64,000 nucleotides of DNA from Candidatus Cloacimonadales bacterium (lineage in GTDB: Bacteria; Cloacimonadota; Cloacimonadia; Cloacimonadales; JAFGVF01): positions 1,014-65,013 of the forward strand of contig JBAYZI010000001.1 in assembly GCA_041672585.1 (NCBI GenBank), given 5' to 3'. The position numbers and the translations under genes were made by a program. Numbering within the stretch: the stretch's first letter is position 1; every line of letters starts with the position of its first letter. The notes under the pieces were generated by a model. The model had not been told where the DNA came from, did no database searches, and saw nothing but the letters and a program-made list of their open reading frames with translations. Shown piece after piece: positions 26,034 through 41,000 of the stretch.

Positions 26034-29000
26034 ATGTTTAACAAACATCCGATTTTAATCTTATTGTTCGTCATGCTAACAAGCCTGGCTTTTGCTGCTA
26101 CAACAGTAACTGCTACTCATGTTATTTATGATTCGAATAATGTAGTACAAGAAGTTGCTGTTGTAGGCTCAAGAGTTCACTTTATAGTGAATATGAACTC
26201 AGATGCTACAATAGACGCTGTAAAAATTAAGAGCGATAACATTATCGGGGCATCAGCTTCTATTGAGCTAGCTTTCTCAAGTAAAGCAGCTTATACATAT
26301 GAAGGTGATTATATTGTAGTTCCCGGAGATGTTAACAAGCCTATAGCAGGTGAAGTTTATCAAGTTTTTGTGTATGTTGATGGTGGAACAGACCCCATTA
26401 ATACACAAGCAAACTATTTTTTACCAATCGATAATCAAATTCCATTTATTACTAATGGATTATCAACTCTAATTGAATCGCCTGCCGGGAAAACTACTTT
26501 CGGTATTGGTGATCAAGTAAAGTTTATTTTCCGTAGAAATTGGAATGATTCAACAAAAGATGTCGTTGCAGCAACCCTTGATCTTACCTCAATAGGTGGT
26601 CCTGCTGAAGTGGTTACTACTAGAAATATTGAAATTTTCACAGCTACTTATGTACTAACTGAAAATGGAATTCTTGGTGGATATACCCCTTCAATTGTTG
26701 TACCTATCAAAATGACTGACATAAATGGTAATGTTAGTGTAGTCCACGCTTCCAATGTGATAAGCGGAGATGCAGCTAATAATCCATATCCTGCTGACAC
26801 CAGCAGACCTACTTTCGGTAACATATCTGATTTACAAGACAATGGTCAATTCAGATTTTCACCAGGCAATGATATGTTTGGTATTTGGGATACTGAGCCA
26901 AACACAATTTCAGCTAAAATTGAAATTCCTGGTTTTGGTCAAGTTGGTCAAACAAACAAATTTGTATTATTAGTGCAAAATGAAAATACAGATTCTAATG
27001 TTGGAAATATTGTCTTCACTGCCGGTGCTTCTAATGTTACTATCGCAGGTGATGTGGTTACATTCGTGTGGGATGGTAAAGTTGATGGTAGTGTTTTAAG
27101 TGAAGGCATTTATGGTTTAACCCTAGTTAAGCTTATTGATGTTGCCGGAAATGAGACAACATTAGAATCATTACCTCCGGTAATGAATCCTCAAATTAGC
27201 CAGGGACAAACAGAATTGAATGCTCTGGATTTTGTTGTGGATAATATTGCTCCACTATTTGAAAATCTTAATGGTACACCGTCAGAATTAAGAGTATTTG
27301 ATTCAGCCAGTGATAACCAAAGATACATTATTAATAGACTAATTGATGAATCAACTAATGCCGAAGGCGAAGAAAATAATTTTGGACCTGAGGACACAGT
27401 TACTTCTACAGATGCAGTCTATTTTGCTTTTTCTGTAAAAAGAGATTTTGCCAATGACTTAGAACCGGAAAGAAAAGAGTTCGTAAAGTATTGGGTTGAA
27501 GTAGCTTCTGTTGCTAACCCAACTATGAAAAGATATTTCTACCCTGCTTCTACTCAACTTGGTGGATTAGTTGAAAGTAAAATGGCTATTCCTTTTGTTA
27601 ACACTGAAGCTTATGCTACAGTGAATACAAAAGCTGAATTCTCATGGTCTCCTTCTACACTTGAATATGCAGCCGGTGATTATACTGTAACTGCTTATAT
27701 CCAAGATAATGCAGGTAATATCAGAACTTCAGTAAAAACAGTTGCGTTGGTAAATGATTATGATGGCTATGTTCCACCAATCATCCCACCGGATCCAACT
27801 GATGAATCTTTAATTACATCTTATAAAATTGCAAGCACCCATGAGGGTGGAGCTAATGCATTAGATGCAATGGAAGGCTTAATTCCTATTTTCTATGTGA
27901 ATTCATACTTCCCTGGTGGAGATATGTACTTCAGTACAGGTAGTAATCATATAGATATCGAAATAGAAGTAAGTAATGTAGATAATGCAGAAAAAGTTAT
28001 TTTCACAAGAAATAACCCTAATTTACCTGCTCAATTCAATGCTCAACTTACAACTTTCGATGCTAATAATAGAGTAACTCTGTCAGTTCCAATGTCTGCT
28101 TTTGCAGAAACTGCTACCGGATATTTCACTTATGGTAGTGCAACTTCAGATATTAAAATTGAAGTTCTTACCAGAAATCTCGAAAACGGTGAATTTAATG
28201 TATATAATGTACTTGCAGGAAACAAACAATTCAAAATCGTTAGACCGGTACAGCCTGTTTGGCCTGTGATCGTAAATGATATTGTTGATGTTGTTCCACA
28301 TTGTATTAGCCCCGGTAATCCATCATGGGCTTATGATGCTGTAACCAATCCAGCTAATGAAGCAGGAATGCCTCACAATGGTACAGACCATCCATTTAAT
28401 GACATCTCCTTTGAGATAGATGCTTCCAATGTGAATTATGCTTGGACTCTAAGAGTTTATGATCCGGATAATCCAGCTTTAGTAAAAAGTTCAACCGGTG
28501 TTAGATTAGCAGATTCAGGTGTCTTTAATGGGAGCCTCCAATTTGCCAACTTAACAAACTCAAACAATAATATAGTTGGCGTACTAGGAAGTAAGTTACT
28601 TAATGTAGAGCTAAAAGTTACTCCTGAAGGTTATACCGACACAGGTTATGTTGCTCCACAAACAGCTTACTCTTATGCCGACACTCGCGTAGATAATGAA
28701 AATCCTGTGATTTTAGGAACAGATGGTAATAAATACCTTCCTAATCCCGCCGGAAATACTTTATTCTTAGCTAATGGAATCAATAGCTTCAATTTTGATA
28801 TTGAAACTAACGAACATTTAGTTGAGAATGGTTGGTCAGCTCTTGTGTACAACGAAGATACTCTTCAGTTAGTACCGGGTGCGGGTGTTACTATTACAGC
28901 CGTTGGTTCAGGTGATACATTTACTTGTCCAAATTCAGGTAATGTCGGTTATAAAAACTTTAATATCACTGCCGAAATCCCTGCTTTTGCAGACGGCGTA

Positions 29001-32000
29001 TTAGAGAATGTTAACTATACCTTAATTCTCAGAACACCTAATGACTTTGGTGGAAACCCTGGAAGACATAACAATCCTCCATATCCTTATGATGCTGATG
29101 CTTGGCATACTGACTCTTCAGAAGCTTTCGTACACTTTGTTGTGCTAATGGAAGCTCCGGAAGTAGTAACCACTTCAGCGGCTTTCTACTTTGTTAATAG
29201 TGATAATGACTCGGTTTTAGATAAAGCTGCTCAAGCAGGTAACTTCCAATTTAATGTTAGCATTAAAGGTTATCCTGGAATTACTCCTATTGCAACTACA
29301 AGAGGCGTTGAGAGTTATCTCTGTGAAGTAGATTTCTCGAAATTTACTGGTGTAACAACCACAGCTCCTCAAGTTGTTGATCTTGCCAATGGAAATTGGG
29401 AAATCAAATATACCGGTTCATATACCGGCGTAGCTGCAGGAATCAATACCGGTGATGTTATACCCATCCCTGTTAATTTATCTCTTGGATTTACTCCTGG
29501 AGATGTAGCAGTTCATACTAATCATGATTTCACTTATAACGGTGTAATTTATGATAATGTAGCTCCTATATTTACTAATAATACAGTGCCAAACATTGTA
29601 AATGAAAATAGCGTGTTAACATTAAAATACAAGATCACTGATAATATCGCAGGAGTACAAGACGACAAAGTTACTATCAAATGTTCAGATAGTGCCTTGA
29701 TTCCTAATAATACAGTTGCTACTGCTTTAGCAGATAATGTTTATCAGTGGCTAATTACAATCCCTGCTAACTACACAACAAACACATTAACATTTAATTT
29801 TGTGGCAAAGGATATGTTAGACAATACGAAAACTCATTCTCATATTGTTGACGTAATTCCAATCCCAACTGTTAGTAATGTTGTTGTTCAAAATACCAAT
29901 CCGGCTCATCCTAACATTATTAAAAATGGGGATAAAGTTAAAGTTTCATTTAATTTAACAGACGCTGAAAGAATCGATGCTGTTAATATTACATTGAAAA
30001 ATATGCCGGTATTCCCTATCACTAATTATGTAGATGGCTATAATGAGTTAATTATTAATCCATTTAATACAGCTGGTTATGCTCAATATGAGTTCGTTAC
30101 TGCTAGTGTTGCAATTGTACACCCTTATGAGCGCTTAGCTGATAATTCATCTGCTAACAATAATGCTGCTGCAGTAAAGACATTTGTTGATAATAACCAA
30201 GTTGTTATTAGCGATCTTAAGTTCTTCGAAAATGGTGTAGAAAAAACAGATAATGTATTCTCTGCTGAAGCACATGATGATTTCTATGTAGAAGCTACTT
30301 TCGTAGCTTATGATGGACACATCAGTGCTAACAAGCTTCTTCTCAACTATGCCGGCGTTGTGGCAGGTACTCCTACCTTAATGAGTTCACCTGTTCAAAG
30401 CACACCTGTAACAGGTTTTCCTAAGAATACCTTTACTTATAGATGGGAAAAAAGTAAGTTTGATTATGCTAAATTTGTGGATTCAGTAGCTCCATTCATG
30501 GGCTATGTTGATCTCAACTTCAATTTAGAAATTACATCAGATTATGCTTTCTTTACTGAATATAATGAAGATGCAAGAGCAATTTTAGATGTTCCTACTA
30601 TTACTAATGTAGAGATATTTAATGTTACTGCTCCTGATCAGTTAGCTGATCACGGTAATCATATAGATATTCTTGAAAATAATAATAAAGTTAAAGTTAC
30701 ATTTGACTTAACTTATGCAAATAGAATTTCGGAAGCTGTTATTACTTTAAATAACGGAACTACCAAAACTATAAATGCAGGTTTAGTTAATGGTGTTAAC
30801 ACTGCCATAATCGATGATTTTGGTATTGGAAATCCAGAATATGTTACTTTAAAGGTAGATGAACTTAAAATTATCCACACTAATGAGCACTCAGTATTTG
30901 AATCAATCGATGCAAGTACTAACACCCTCGTTCCATTTGTAGATAACTACCAAGTTAATATTGTGGACTTTAGAGCATTTGTTAATGGTAGCCCAACTGA
31001 CAACTATTTCTCCATTGATTCTAACCAAACTGTTAGATTTGAGGCAGATATTATTGCTCATGCAGGTCAATTAACAACCTCTAATGTTGTGCTCAAATAT
31101 AAAGGAATCACAGCTACTTCAGCTCAATTAGATAATACAGTATTACATTCAGAACCTAAAACAGGTTTTGTTAAGAATACTTATACTTATTCATGGGATA
31201 ATGCAGATTTCGATTATGCTAATTTCTCAAATCAAATTAATGGCTTTGAAGTTGTTCCTTTTGTTATTGAAGCTAGATCAGACTTTGATTTTGTAGCTAC
31301 TCCTTATAATCAAGATGTAGTTGCTCTCAATGTTCCTGAATACACCTTCAATGGTATCTCACCTGAACGTTATAGCGGTTTTGACCCTGACGGTTGGTTT
31401 GCTCCTGAACACGATGTAAGATTAACAATGACTGTTGTAACTCCAATGAGTAACATTAACCCAAGAGCAGAGTTTGATAATATTACCAATAACTTCCCTG
31501 ATGTTAACTGGGTAGCCGGTGATGTTACAACTACTTTTGTAACTGTTGGTGGTGTTAATTATTACACTCATGTAGTTGAATGGATTGAAATACCTGATGT
31601 CCAAGCATGTTGGAATACTTATGCTGATGGAGAAACAGTTCAGGTTGAAATTCAATATAATGACTTCTACATCTCTACTCCAATATCAATATTCAGAGAT
31701 ATCAAAGTTGATTTAGAAGTTCCTACTTATGAAAGATACTCAATTGTACAAGCTGCCGGCACTATCACTGATTTTGCTACAGCCAATGCAATTCCCGGTA
31801 TAAATACCTTAGCTAACCATGTTGGTCCTCATAACTTTGACCTTAGCTTAAACAATCCTGCGGACCTTAATTCTTATGAATTTGATGGTTCTCTTTTTGT
31901 TAAGAGAATTGTTGAAGATATGAATGGTGTTTCAGTTGTTGAAGCAGGTGTAGCGTTGCCAACTATTTCCGGAAACTGGATGACACCTGAGTTGTTAGGA

Positions 32001-35000
32001 AGTGAAGTCGTAAGCCCTCACGAAATAGCCCTTATCTGGAAATTCACTCCGGTTGATCCTACCTTAGTAACTAATACTGATATAGTTGAGATTCAGTTTA
32101 ACCAGTTGGAAGACTTAGTAGGCCATCTAAACTATGCAGGTGTTTATAATTCACCTTCTGCTAGATATGCTGAAGCAGGTCCAATAACTACTATTAACTT
32201 TATCGCCAGCCAAGCTGATGTTGAAGGTATTACTGCTTTCCAATATGATGGAATTGACAGAATGAATTCTGAAACATCACCTTATATTAGTACTGGTGCA
32301 AGAATTGGTTTAATCTTAGAAGTTGAACCTCATCAAAATGATAATGCTACTGTAACTAGTGTAGAGATTCTTGCTGATAATTATAACTTAGCAACAAATG
32401 ACTGGGTTACTTTAGTTGATAACGGTAATAATCAATATTTCTTAGGCTCAGATGTTTTTGTTAATGAAACATCTTTAGGCTGGTTACCATTAGAATACAG
32501 AATTACTTATTCAACTAATGAAGTAAGTCAAAATAGTGTTTCTAATGTTTATAACCTTATTGATGTTACTTCTACTAACTTAGTAGCTATCTCAGTATGG
32601 AGTGAAACATTAGGCGAAAGTGGCATGTATTATGTTACACCTGGTGATGATGCTACTATTAAAGTAGTATTCAGCAGTAATGCTCCATTAATCGGAACAG
32701 TACTTAAACCATTCGTTACATTAACTGATTTCAGCAATATCCTAGATATGGCTGATCCTTATGTTGTTCCTCAAAGTAATATTACTTGGGATGGAACAAA
32801 TTGGGTTGCTGAAGTTACCGGTATTCTTGTAAAAGATAGCCACAGTCTAACTTCACAAGAAGTAAGTGTAACTGCTACAAACATTACAGGACAAATGACC
32901 AGTGCCTCAGGTAAGGTTATCTCTTATGCAGGTTCAGGTCCTATCGTTCCTATAATTAAACATGTTGAATTAATTACAGATAATGCAGTTAACTTGTTAG
33001 CTGTTAGTGGCACTCAAGTCGTTAATCCTGTAGTTAATGTATATATAAATACTGTATATCAAGAATTCATTAACAATGTAACTATTGACCCGATTGCCGG
33101 ATTAGCATTTAGTCCTTATACTGTTGCTTCAACAACAGATCACGACTCTAAATGGTTAGTAACTATCCCGGTTACTATTACAGATCCTACTCTTTTTACC
33201 GAAGGCGATATCGTTACACTAAATATCACATCTATCAGAGATCCGTTTGAAATTACTGCAACAGTATTCGAACACCATGAATCTCTTGATGTAGAAGTTG
33301 ATGGAGATGAATTTGATATAGTTATTAATAACCCTGGAACTCAAAATCCTATTCTTGGTGATTTTGAACTCTTAGTTGATTTTAGTAACTTCGGTGAAAC
33401 TTATGATCCAGCTTATGTTCCTGTTTTAGCTGACTTTGTTATTAGCAGTCCTCAACTTGTTAACGATCTCAATCCAACTAACATGGTTGGTGACGTAGTA
33501 AGCTTAACAATTGATGCTTCTGATTTCACAGCAGATGCAGAAACTCTTGGAAGCTTTGACATCACTGTAACTTATACTAATATCTATGGTTTCATAAAAT
33601 CAGAAACTGAAACAATCTTACTTGATGCAACTGCTCCGGTAGTTATTGCTAATGGTATCACATTTGATTCTGTTTCCGGTCCAACAAGTTATGCTTGGGG
33701 CAGTGTTATAAGTTATGACAAAAACTGGACTTCATTAACAGTAGAATTAGAAGATCCTGTTATGTTTGGTACTAATGGCGTAGGTATTGCTACTGCTAAT
33801 ATTTCAATGGCATTAGGCATTGTTACTCCAAGTACTCCTGCATTCACTAACTTAACTACATCCTTAAATGGTAATGTCCTTGAATTCAGATTCAATGGAA
33901 ATTATTCGGGATTTGATTTAGCTGAAGGCGATTACATCATCACAGTTAATGCTGTTGATGCTTTAGGTAATGCTTATAGCGATACTCAAGAATTCAGATA
34001 TGCACATTCACCTTCCGGTGTTACAGCACTTACCGATCCTTCTATTATCTTAAATAGTGGTATTGATGTTGGACTTGAATTCTTAGTAAATGATCCTGAC
34101 GGTGTAGTAAACACAGTTGAATTCCAAGTTTACTTAGACTCTAATAATGATGGAGACTATATAGATGACCTAGCAAATCTTGTTCTTCAAACAAGTGATA
34201 GTGTTTATCCTTATGGTTTTGAATGGGATTTAAGTAATTCTATTTATACATCATACCAATACAATCCAGATTATGACCTAAATAGTAATGGTGATAATTT
34301 AGATGCTGACGAAAATGTTAGAAACTACATTGTTAGAGTTTTAACAACAAGTAGCCAGATGAGAGCCGTAAGTGACACTTATTTCACTTATTCAGTCGCT
34401 GATGTTACAGCTCCTGAAGTAACTGATGTGTTAGCTGCAGGTTTTAACCCTTACCAAGTTGTTTATGATTATATCACACCAGCTAATAATAATATAGATT
34501 TCACAGCCCTTGTTGGTACTTGGACTGATGTTGACTATGTTGAATTAACTGTTAATGGTGATTTATTAACTATTGACCCGGCAACTTCTTTTGTTAACTG
34601 GGTTTATGATGCAACTGATATTGGTGAAGTTGTTATTACTGCACAAGCATTTGACTTTGTGGGTAATGTTTCAGCTGCTGCTGACTTCTCAACAGTTCTA
34701 ACAATACTTAATCCTTCTTATGATAAATTCTATAACTTAACATTAATAGATTATGATAATTATGATACAGATAATTCTATTGCTAATGGAACTGTCTATT
34801 CACCAAATAATCCATTAATCACAAATAATGTAAGATTATATGCAGAATATCCAAACGGCTTAGCCGGTATTTCAGAAATTCAATTCTATGTTAATAAAAT
34901 TGAAACTGCCACCGGTATTGTTTCTACATTACCTGTTGATAATGACGCTAGCGTTAATCCTCAGTATGGTAATGATAATATAGTATCACCAATTAACTGC

Positions 35001-38000
35001 TGGGATGAAACCGCAGGTAAATGGAATAGCTGGATTACTGTAGATCCTGCAATTTATACAAATAACGGTAATTACGATGGTACTGACTATACTTATGAAT
35101 TCTACGCAGTTCTAATTGATAGTTATACAAGTATCGAAGTTATCCAATCAGGCGTTACTAATGTTGATACTGGTTTCAGAGTAGATTACTTAAAACCAAC
35201 ACTTACAATAAACGCTGCTTCTGTAACTCACACTTCATATACTTACTATGATGCTGCTACAGATAGATTAGTATTTGATTTAGTTGATAATGATGCACTT
35301 GCCATTGATATTAATGTTATGATTGTTGATTATAACGGAATTAATGTTGCTGATAATACAAACATCATTGTTGACCCTATAACAAATACCGTATCTATTC
35401 CTTGGATCGGCCTTAATGAGATTGAAGGTGAAGGTGTAATTACTTATAATGTTACTGCTACTGATGTTAATGGTAACGTTTCTGTAGTAACTCCTATTGA
35501 TGTATTCGTTGATAACCAAGCTCCGCAAACTACTATTGCAAATTTAGCATACGTAACAGATGCTGATAATGGTGGTGCAGCAATGAATAGCTTCCATGTT
35601 TATGATGGAAACCCAATTGCTGTGATAGCTGAAAATGCTGAGAACTTAACTATCCAAATCGATAGAGCTCAGATTCTTGGTTTATCATCAGAAAATACCG
35701 CTACTTGGGCAAACAGAACTCAACCTTGGTATAACAATGCTAATGATGACATCTATCCTCCGGTAAATCTCTATAGAAATATAGATGGTGCTGGTTGGAA
35801 CTTAATCGCTTATGATCACGAAGTTGATGCAAACAATATGTATGAATTCAGTATCACTGTTGATACCGGTAATATTGTTGAATTTGCAGTAATTGCAGAA
35901 GATACTCGTGGTAATATCGAAGGTGATGTTGTGGTTAGGGATGCTTTTGGTAATGTTCTTAGACCTCTTAATGGTACTTTAGAAGATGAAGAATTAACAG
36001 ATGCAATCAACTTAACAGTTAATGTTCTCTATCCTATTGATATCACAACAACTATTGTTAATCACAATGCTGATGATGTTATCAATGGCTTAGCTTTACT
36101 AACTGCTAATGTTGCTACTCCTACTGATATTATTTCAGTAGAATTCCAATATCTTGCTGACGGAGTATGGACTGCTCTTGGAACTGATGATTCTATGTTA
36201 GATGTAGATTATAAATTCAGTATCGATAGAGATCAAATTCCTTACACTGTTATCCCTGGTGTTCATGTGGAAATTATTGATAGCAATAATATTGCTACAA
36301 TGGAAGAAATATGGGAAAATGGCGATAACTGGTCAGATACATTTACCTTATTAAGAGATAGTTACACTGTAAATTATTATGTTGATGCTAATAATGATGG
36401 TGTAATTGATGGTAATGAAATAGCTAATTATTTAATTAAAACTGAAACTATCATGGCTGATGGATATGCTTATCAATTCGATACAACTACAATCGTAGAT
36501 GGTTCTTATCTCTTTAGAGTAGTACCATTTGATGGTTTAGATGCTACCGATGATATAGCTGCTGCCGTTCCAATGAACTTAATCATTGATAACACAGCTC
36601 CTGAATATGATGTTACAGCTCTTAACTTCGTAACTATTGATGGTTATAATGTGCTTGATGAAAATGTAGAATTTACTTTAGCTTATGCTAATGCAAATGA
36701 TGTTCACATGGTACGTGCATGGTTAGTTAATATAGCTAATCCTGCAGATAACTATCGTTTAGTTTATGAAACATATGCAGCTTATGATGTAAGAACTACT
36801 GACTTCTCAGTTAATCTTACAACTCTTGCTACTCCTGTTCCTGATGGTAACTACTATCTTAAAGTAAATGTTCAGGATTTCAACAATAATGCTAATATCC
36901 AATCTCCTGTTCTTTATAATGACCTTCATGTTGATACAAATGCTCCTGTAATTACTCAGGTTGATAATGCTCTTAACATGTCAGGTATTTATACAGCAAC
37001 TCACCAATTCGAAGTAACTTATAGTGATTACTTAGCTCAATTATTAGATGTTAATAATGATGCTCTTGGTGTGAAAGAGATAGAAGCAACCTTTACTCAC
37101 AACGCTATTGTTGATGTTGTTGATGTAAAAGTTAGTGATGATGGAACTCTAGTAGTATTTGACTGGACTCCTTCACAAGCTATGATGGATGAAGTTATTA
37201 ATGGACATGACGATATTTTAGTTAATGTTGATGTTAAAGTAACAGATCATAATGATTATGTTTCTGACATCTTCAATGCAGGTACTTTTGTACTTAGAAG
37301 TGCAGAAGTTGGAGCTAAGATAATGGTTGTTTCAGACTTCAGAAATGGTGTTGAAACTTATCATCAAACAAGTGTAACTGATAACAATGAAATTCATGAT
37401 GTTATCGGTGGTAATATCCTTAATATATATGCATTCTTACCTGAAGGTAATAATGTAATAATGCCAAACAATGTTAGTTTCGAGTATTGGGATGGAACAA
37501 ACTGGGTTCAATATGCTACTAATGCTACATGGAATCCAATTGCTAGCTTCACCGGTACAGGCACAATCTCCGGTTATTCTAAATATATGGAAGTTAACTG
37601 GAATATTGCTAACCTTGATGGCGACTATACAGTAAGAACCGTTTCTGAATATGGCTTCGGCAATATTGTTAATGAAACTCACTTACATATCTGGAATAGC
37701 ACAATCGTTCCTGAAATTGTTGTAAGCACAACAGACGGTGCTGTAACCACTGAAGTTAACAGAGGTACAGAATATATCGTTTCTTTAGGAAATATTGTTT
37801 CTACACATCCAGAATTCTTAAACCAAGTTAACTACATGTATCGTTTCTTAGATGCAAATAATAATGTAGCTTCTCCTTGGAACCAATTAAGTGGCTTCAC
37901 AGCTGATGATTATAACTGGACAATTGGCATGGATTATCTCTTTGCTGAAAAAGTTCAATTAGCTGTTCAAGTTGAAAATATCTTCAATAATATAGCAGAC

Positions 38001-41000
38001 CAAGTTAGCTTCATTGCTAACGGCGGAACTCCTTATGTTGTGGATATCGTAGATAGTGAAGCTCCAATGATAACTGATCTTACAGTAACTCAAGCAGGTA
38101 ACCCTGTTGTTATAGATAGTTGGGTAGCAATTGCTAATGCTCTCGACATCGCTGTAACAGTCGATAATGCAGTACTTGATTTAAGTAGTGTTGTTATTGC
38201 TCTTGATGGTACTGAAGTTTATTCAGTTGCTTATGATACAAATAACCAAGTTGATCCAGTTGCGGTTAACTATACATTAGATATTTCCGCTTTAACAACC
38301 GGAACTTATCAAATTGAAGTTATCACATCTGACTTTGTTGGCCATACATATACTGAAGTATTTGGCTTTAGCGTAGATACTGATGTACCAACAGGTGCTT
38401 TAGTTCTTGTAGAAAATGTTAACAACGAAATCACTCGTGGAGTGGCTTACACATTCAATGCTAATGCAATGGATAATGTTACCGCTACTGATGATTTAGT
38501 AATTAACTACTTCTGGTCAGAAGCTAATGCTGCTGTTTGGACTCCTCTTACATTAGATGCTAACAACCAGTGGAATATTCCTCAAGGTTGGGTAATCGGT
38601 GCAAGTTATGACTTCAAGGCAGAAATGGAAGATGAATACAATAATGTTGGTGAAACTGTTGTTACTTACTCAGTATTTGATAACATCACTCCACTTATTG
38701 CTAATAGCACAAACAACTTAGTAGATGGTTCTATCTTCAATATGAATGATGAAATCGTTCTTACTTTTGATGTTGATGCTTCTAACATCTTAAACAATAA
38801 TATCGAACTCCAATATGCTGATGTACTTAATAATACTTGGATGTCACTCGGCACAACTCCTGCTGTTCTTAACGGCGTTGTTTCTGAAGTAACATTTGGT
38901 AACTTAGGTCTTCCAAGTGGTTTCTATGACTTCAAGGCACTTATTAGTGATCTTGCAGTTCCTGCAAATCAGTTTGATATTGACTTAGCTTCAATGGTTT
39001 ACTTTGATGCTGACGCTCCTGAAGTATTCTTTACTAACATTGATAACACTACCGAGTATGTTCTTGGTAACAATGTAAGTATTAATGCTGATGTTAACTA
39101 CACTGACGGAATAAATAATATTGCTCCTTTAGATGTGGCTTCAGTTGAATTCTTAGTAGATGGTGTTTCCCATACAGTAGTAGAAACTGCTCCTTACACA
39201 TTTGTTTGGAACACAGCTCTTCTTGCTAATGTAGGTACTTACACAATCGAAGCTATCGTAACTGACAATGATAACTTCACAAATAATGTACTACAAAATG
39301 TTGTAGTTGTTACTCCTGATGAAAACGACCCATACGCTGTTATTACCGGTTTCGAATTCAACAACGAAACAATCAGTTCTGACAAAATGTATGCCAAGGT
39401 TACTAATTGGGGTAATAATATCACTTCTGTTGTAGCACAATATACTGAAAATAATGTGGATTGGATTGAATTTGCAATCAATACAACAAACAACGATCCT
39501 CTCTATGATTTCGACTTCAACGCTGAAGCAATTCAAAATGCTATTGCTGTTAAGGTTCTTGTTAAGATGAACAACAACCAAGAATCATCACTTGTTTATC
39601 CTCTTGATGTAACTTTCAACAATGGTATGTTTGACTTAACAGATGCTAATGGAGATATCGAAATTCATGAAAATAACTTAGTAATAGTTGATACAGACAG
39701 CAGACCTAATGTCATTAGAATTGATGAAAATGGTTATGCAGGTTACGAAACTATTAATAATAACAATGAATTCAACTTAGTTGTGAATGCTAATGACGAA
39801 TTACCAGGTTACTGGTTATCAGGTGTTGCTAATAATGCAGCCTGGATTAAATTCGTAAAACTAGACACACAAATTGGTACAGCAACTAATAATGGCGTAA
39901 CAGTTACCTACAACAATCCTTTCTGGTTTGTTATGTTAGATAACGATATGCTCTTAGCTGACCATTATGCACAACTTACAGACCAAGTATTAGTAAGATC
40001 TATTACCAACGGAAACGCACTTTATACATTACCTATTACAGGTACTGTCGCAGCTGAAGGTGATATTGTAGCTCTTGCTTGGGATGCAGTTCTTGCAGAC
40101 TTTGTTGAACTTGATGTAACTTATAATCAAACTAACGCAACTATGACCTTCACAGCTCCTGTTAATACAGTAGTTACTGTTGGTCAATATGTTGGTTTCG
40201 AAATGTTCGTAACTGACTTTGCTCCTGTTAATGATGATGTATATATGAATGCTGGTACATTATGGACTCTTCCAAATGTAACAATGGACTTCACTGTATA
40301 TCATGAAGAAACAGCTCAAGGTTATCAATTACCTGCAGGTTTCGGTTTAGGAAATATTTCAATCACCCTTAATGATGGTGTTAACAATGTGAATAACATT
40401 GCACTTACTAATGGTGTTGTTAGTTTCGATTTAATAAATATGAATGCCGGTGTTAATGAATTAATGGTGAATGTAGAAATGAATGGTTTCAATGCAAACC
40501 AAACATTAACATTCAGTGTTGATAATACAATACCAACAATAGCTATCGACCAAACAGTTATTCTTTCTGCTGCACAAAGAACTCTTTCTGCAACAATGCA
40601 AGATGCTCAAACAGGTCTTGTTGATTATAACTTAGTTATTACCAACAATGCTCCTGCTGTTGCTGCAGTTATTAACGTTCCAATGAACGAAATTACTGTT
40701 GCCGGTAATGTTTATAGTTATGAATTATCTATAGAAGAGTTAGTTACTTTAGTTCCACAACCAATGAGATCAGGTAGAAACAACAGAGCTGTTGCTTCTC
40801 TTAATGTTCAGTGGACTGCTGTAAATAACCTCGACCAAATAAATGTAGTTAATGCTAATATTACAGCTAATGTAGTTGTTAATAGACCTATCATTACAAT
40901 TGATAACTCCGGATTTGAAAACGGCTGGTGGGTAAACCCTGCAATGTCTAATCAAATTCTCATGACTGTTGTTCCTGCTACAGGCAGAACAATTGCTCTT

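Noticed and set aside
25794-26048. 84-aa minus-strand ORF spanning the giant gene's start and leader
   Set aside because: It overlaps the giant gene's RBS and start and the better-supported plus-strand 54-aa ORF. It has no SD site and its translation looks like low-complexity sequence.
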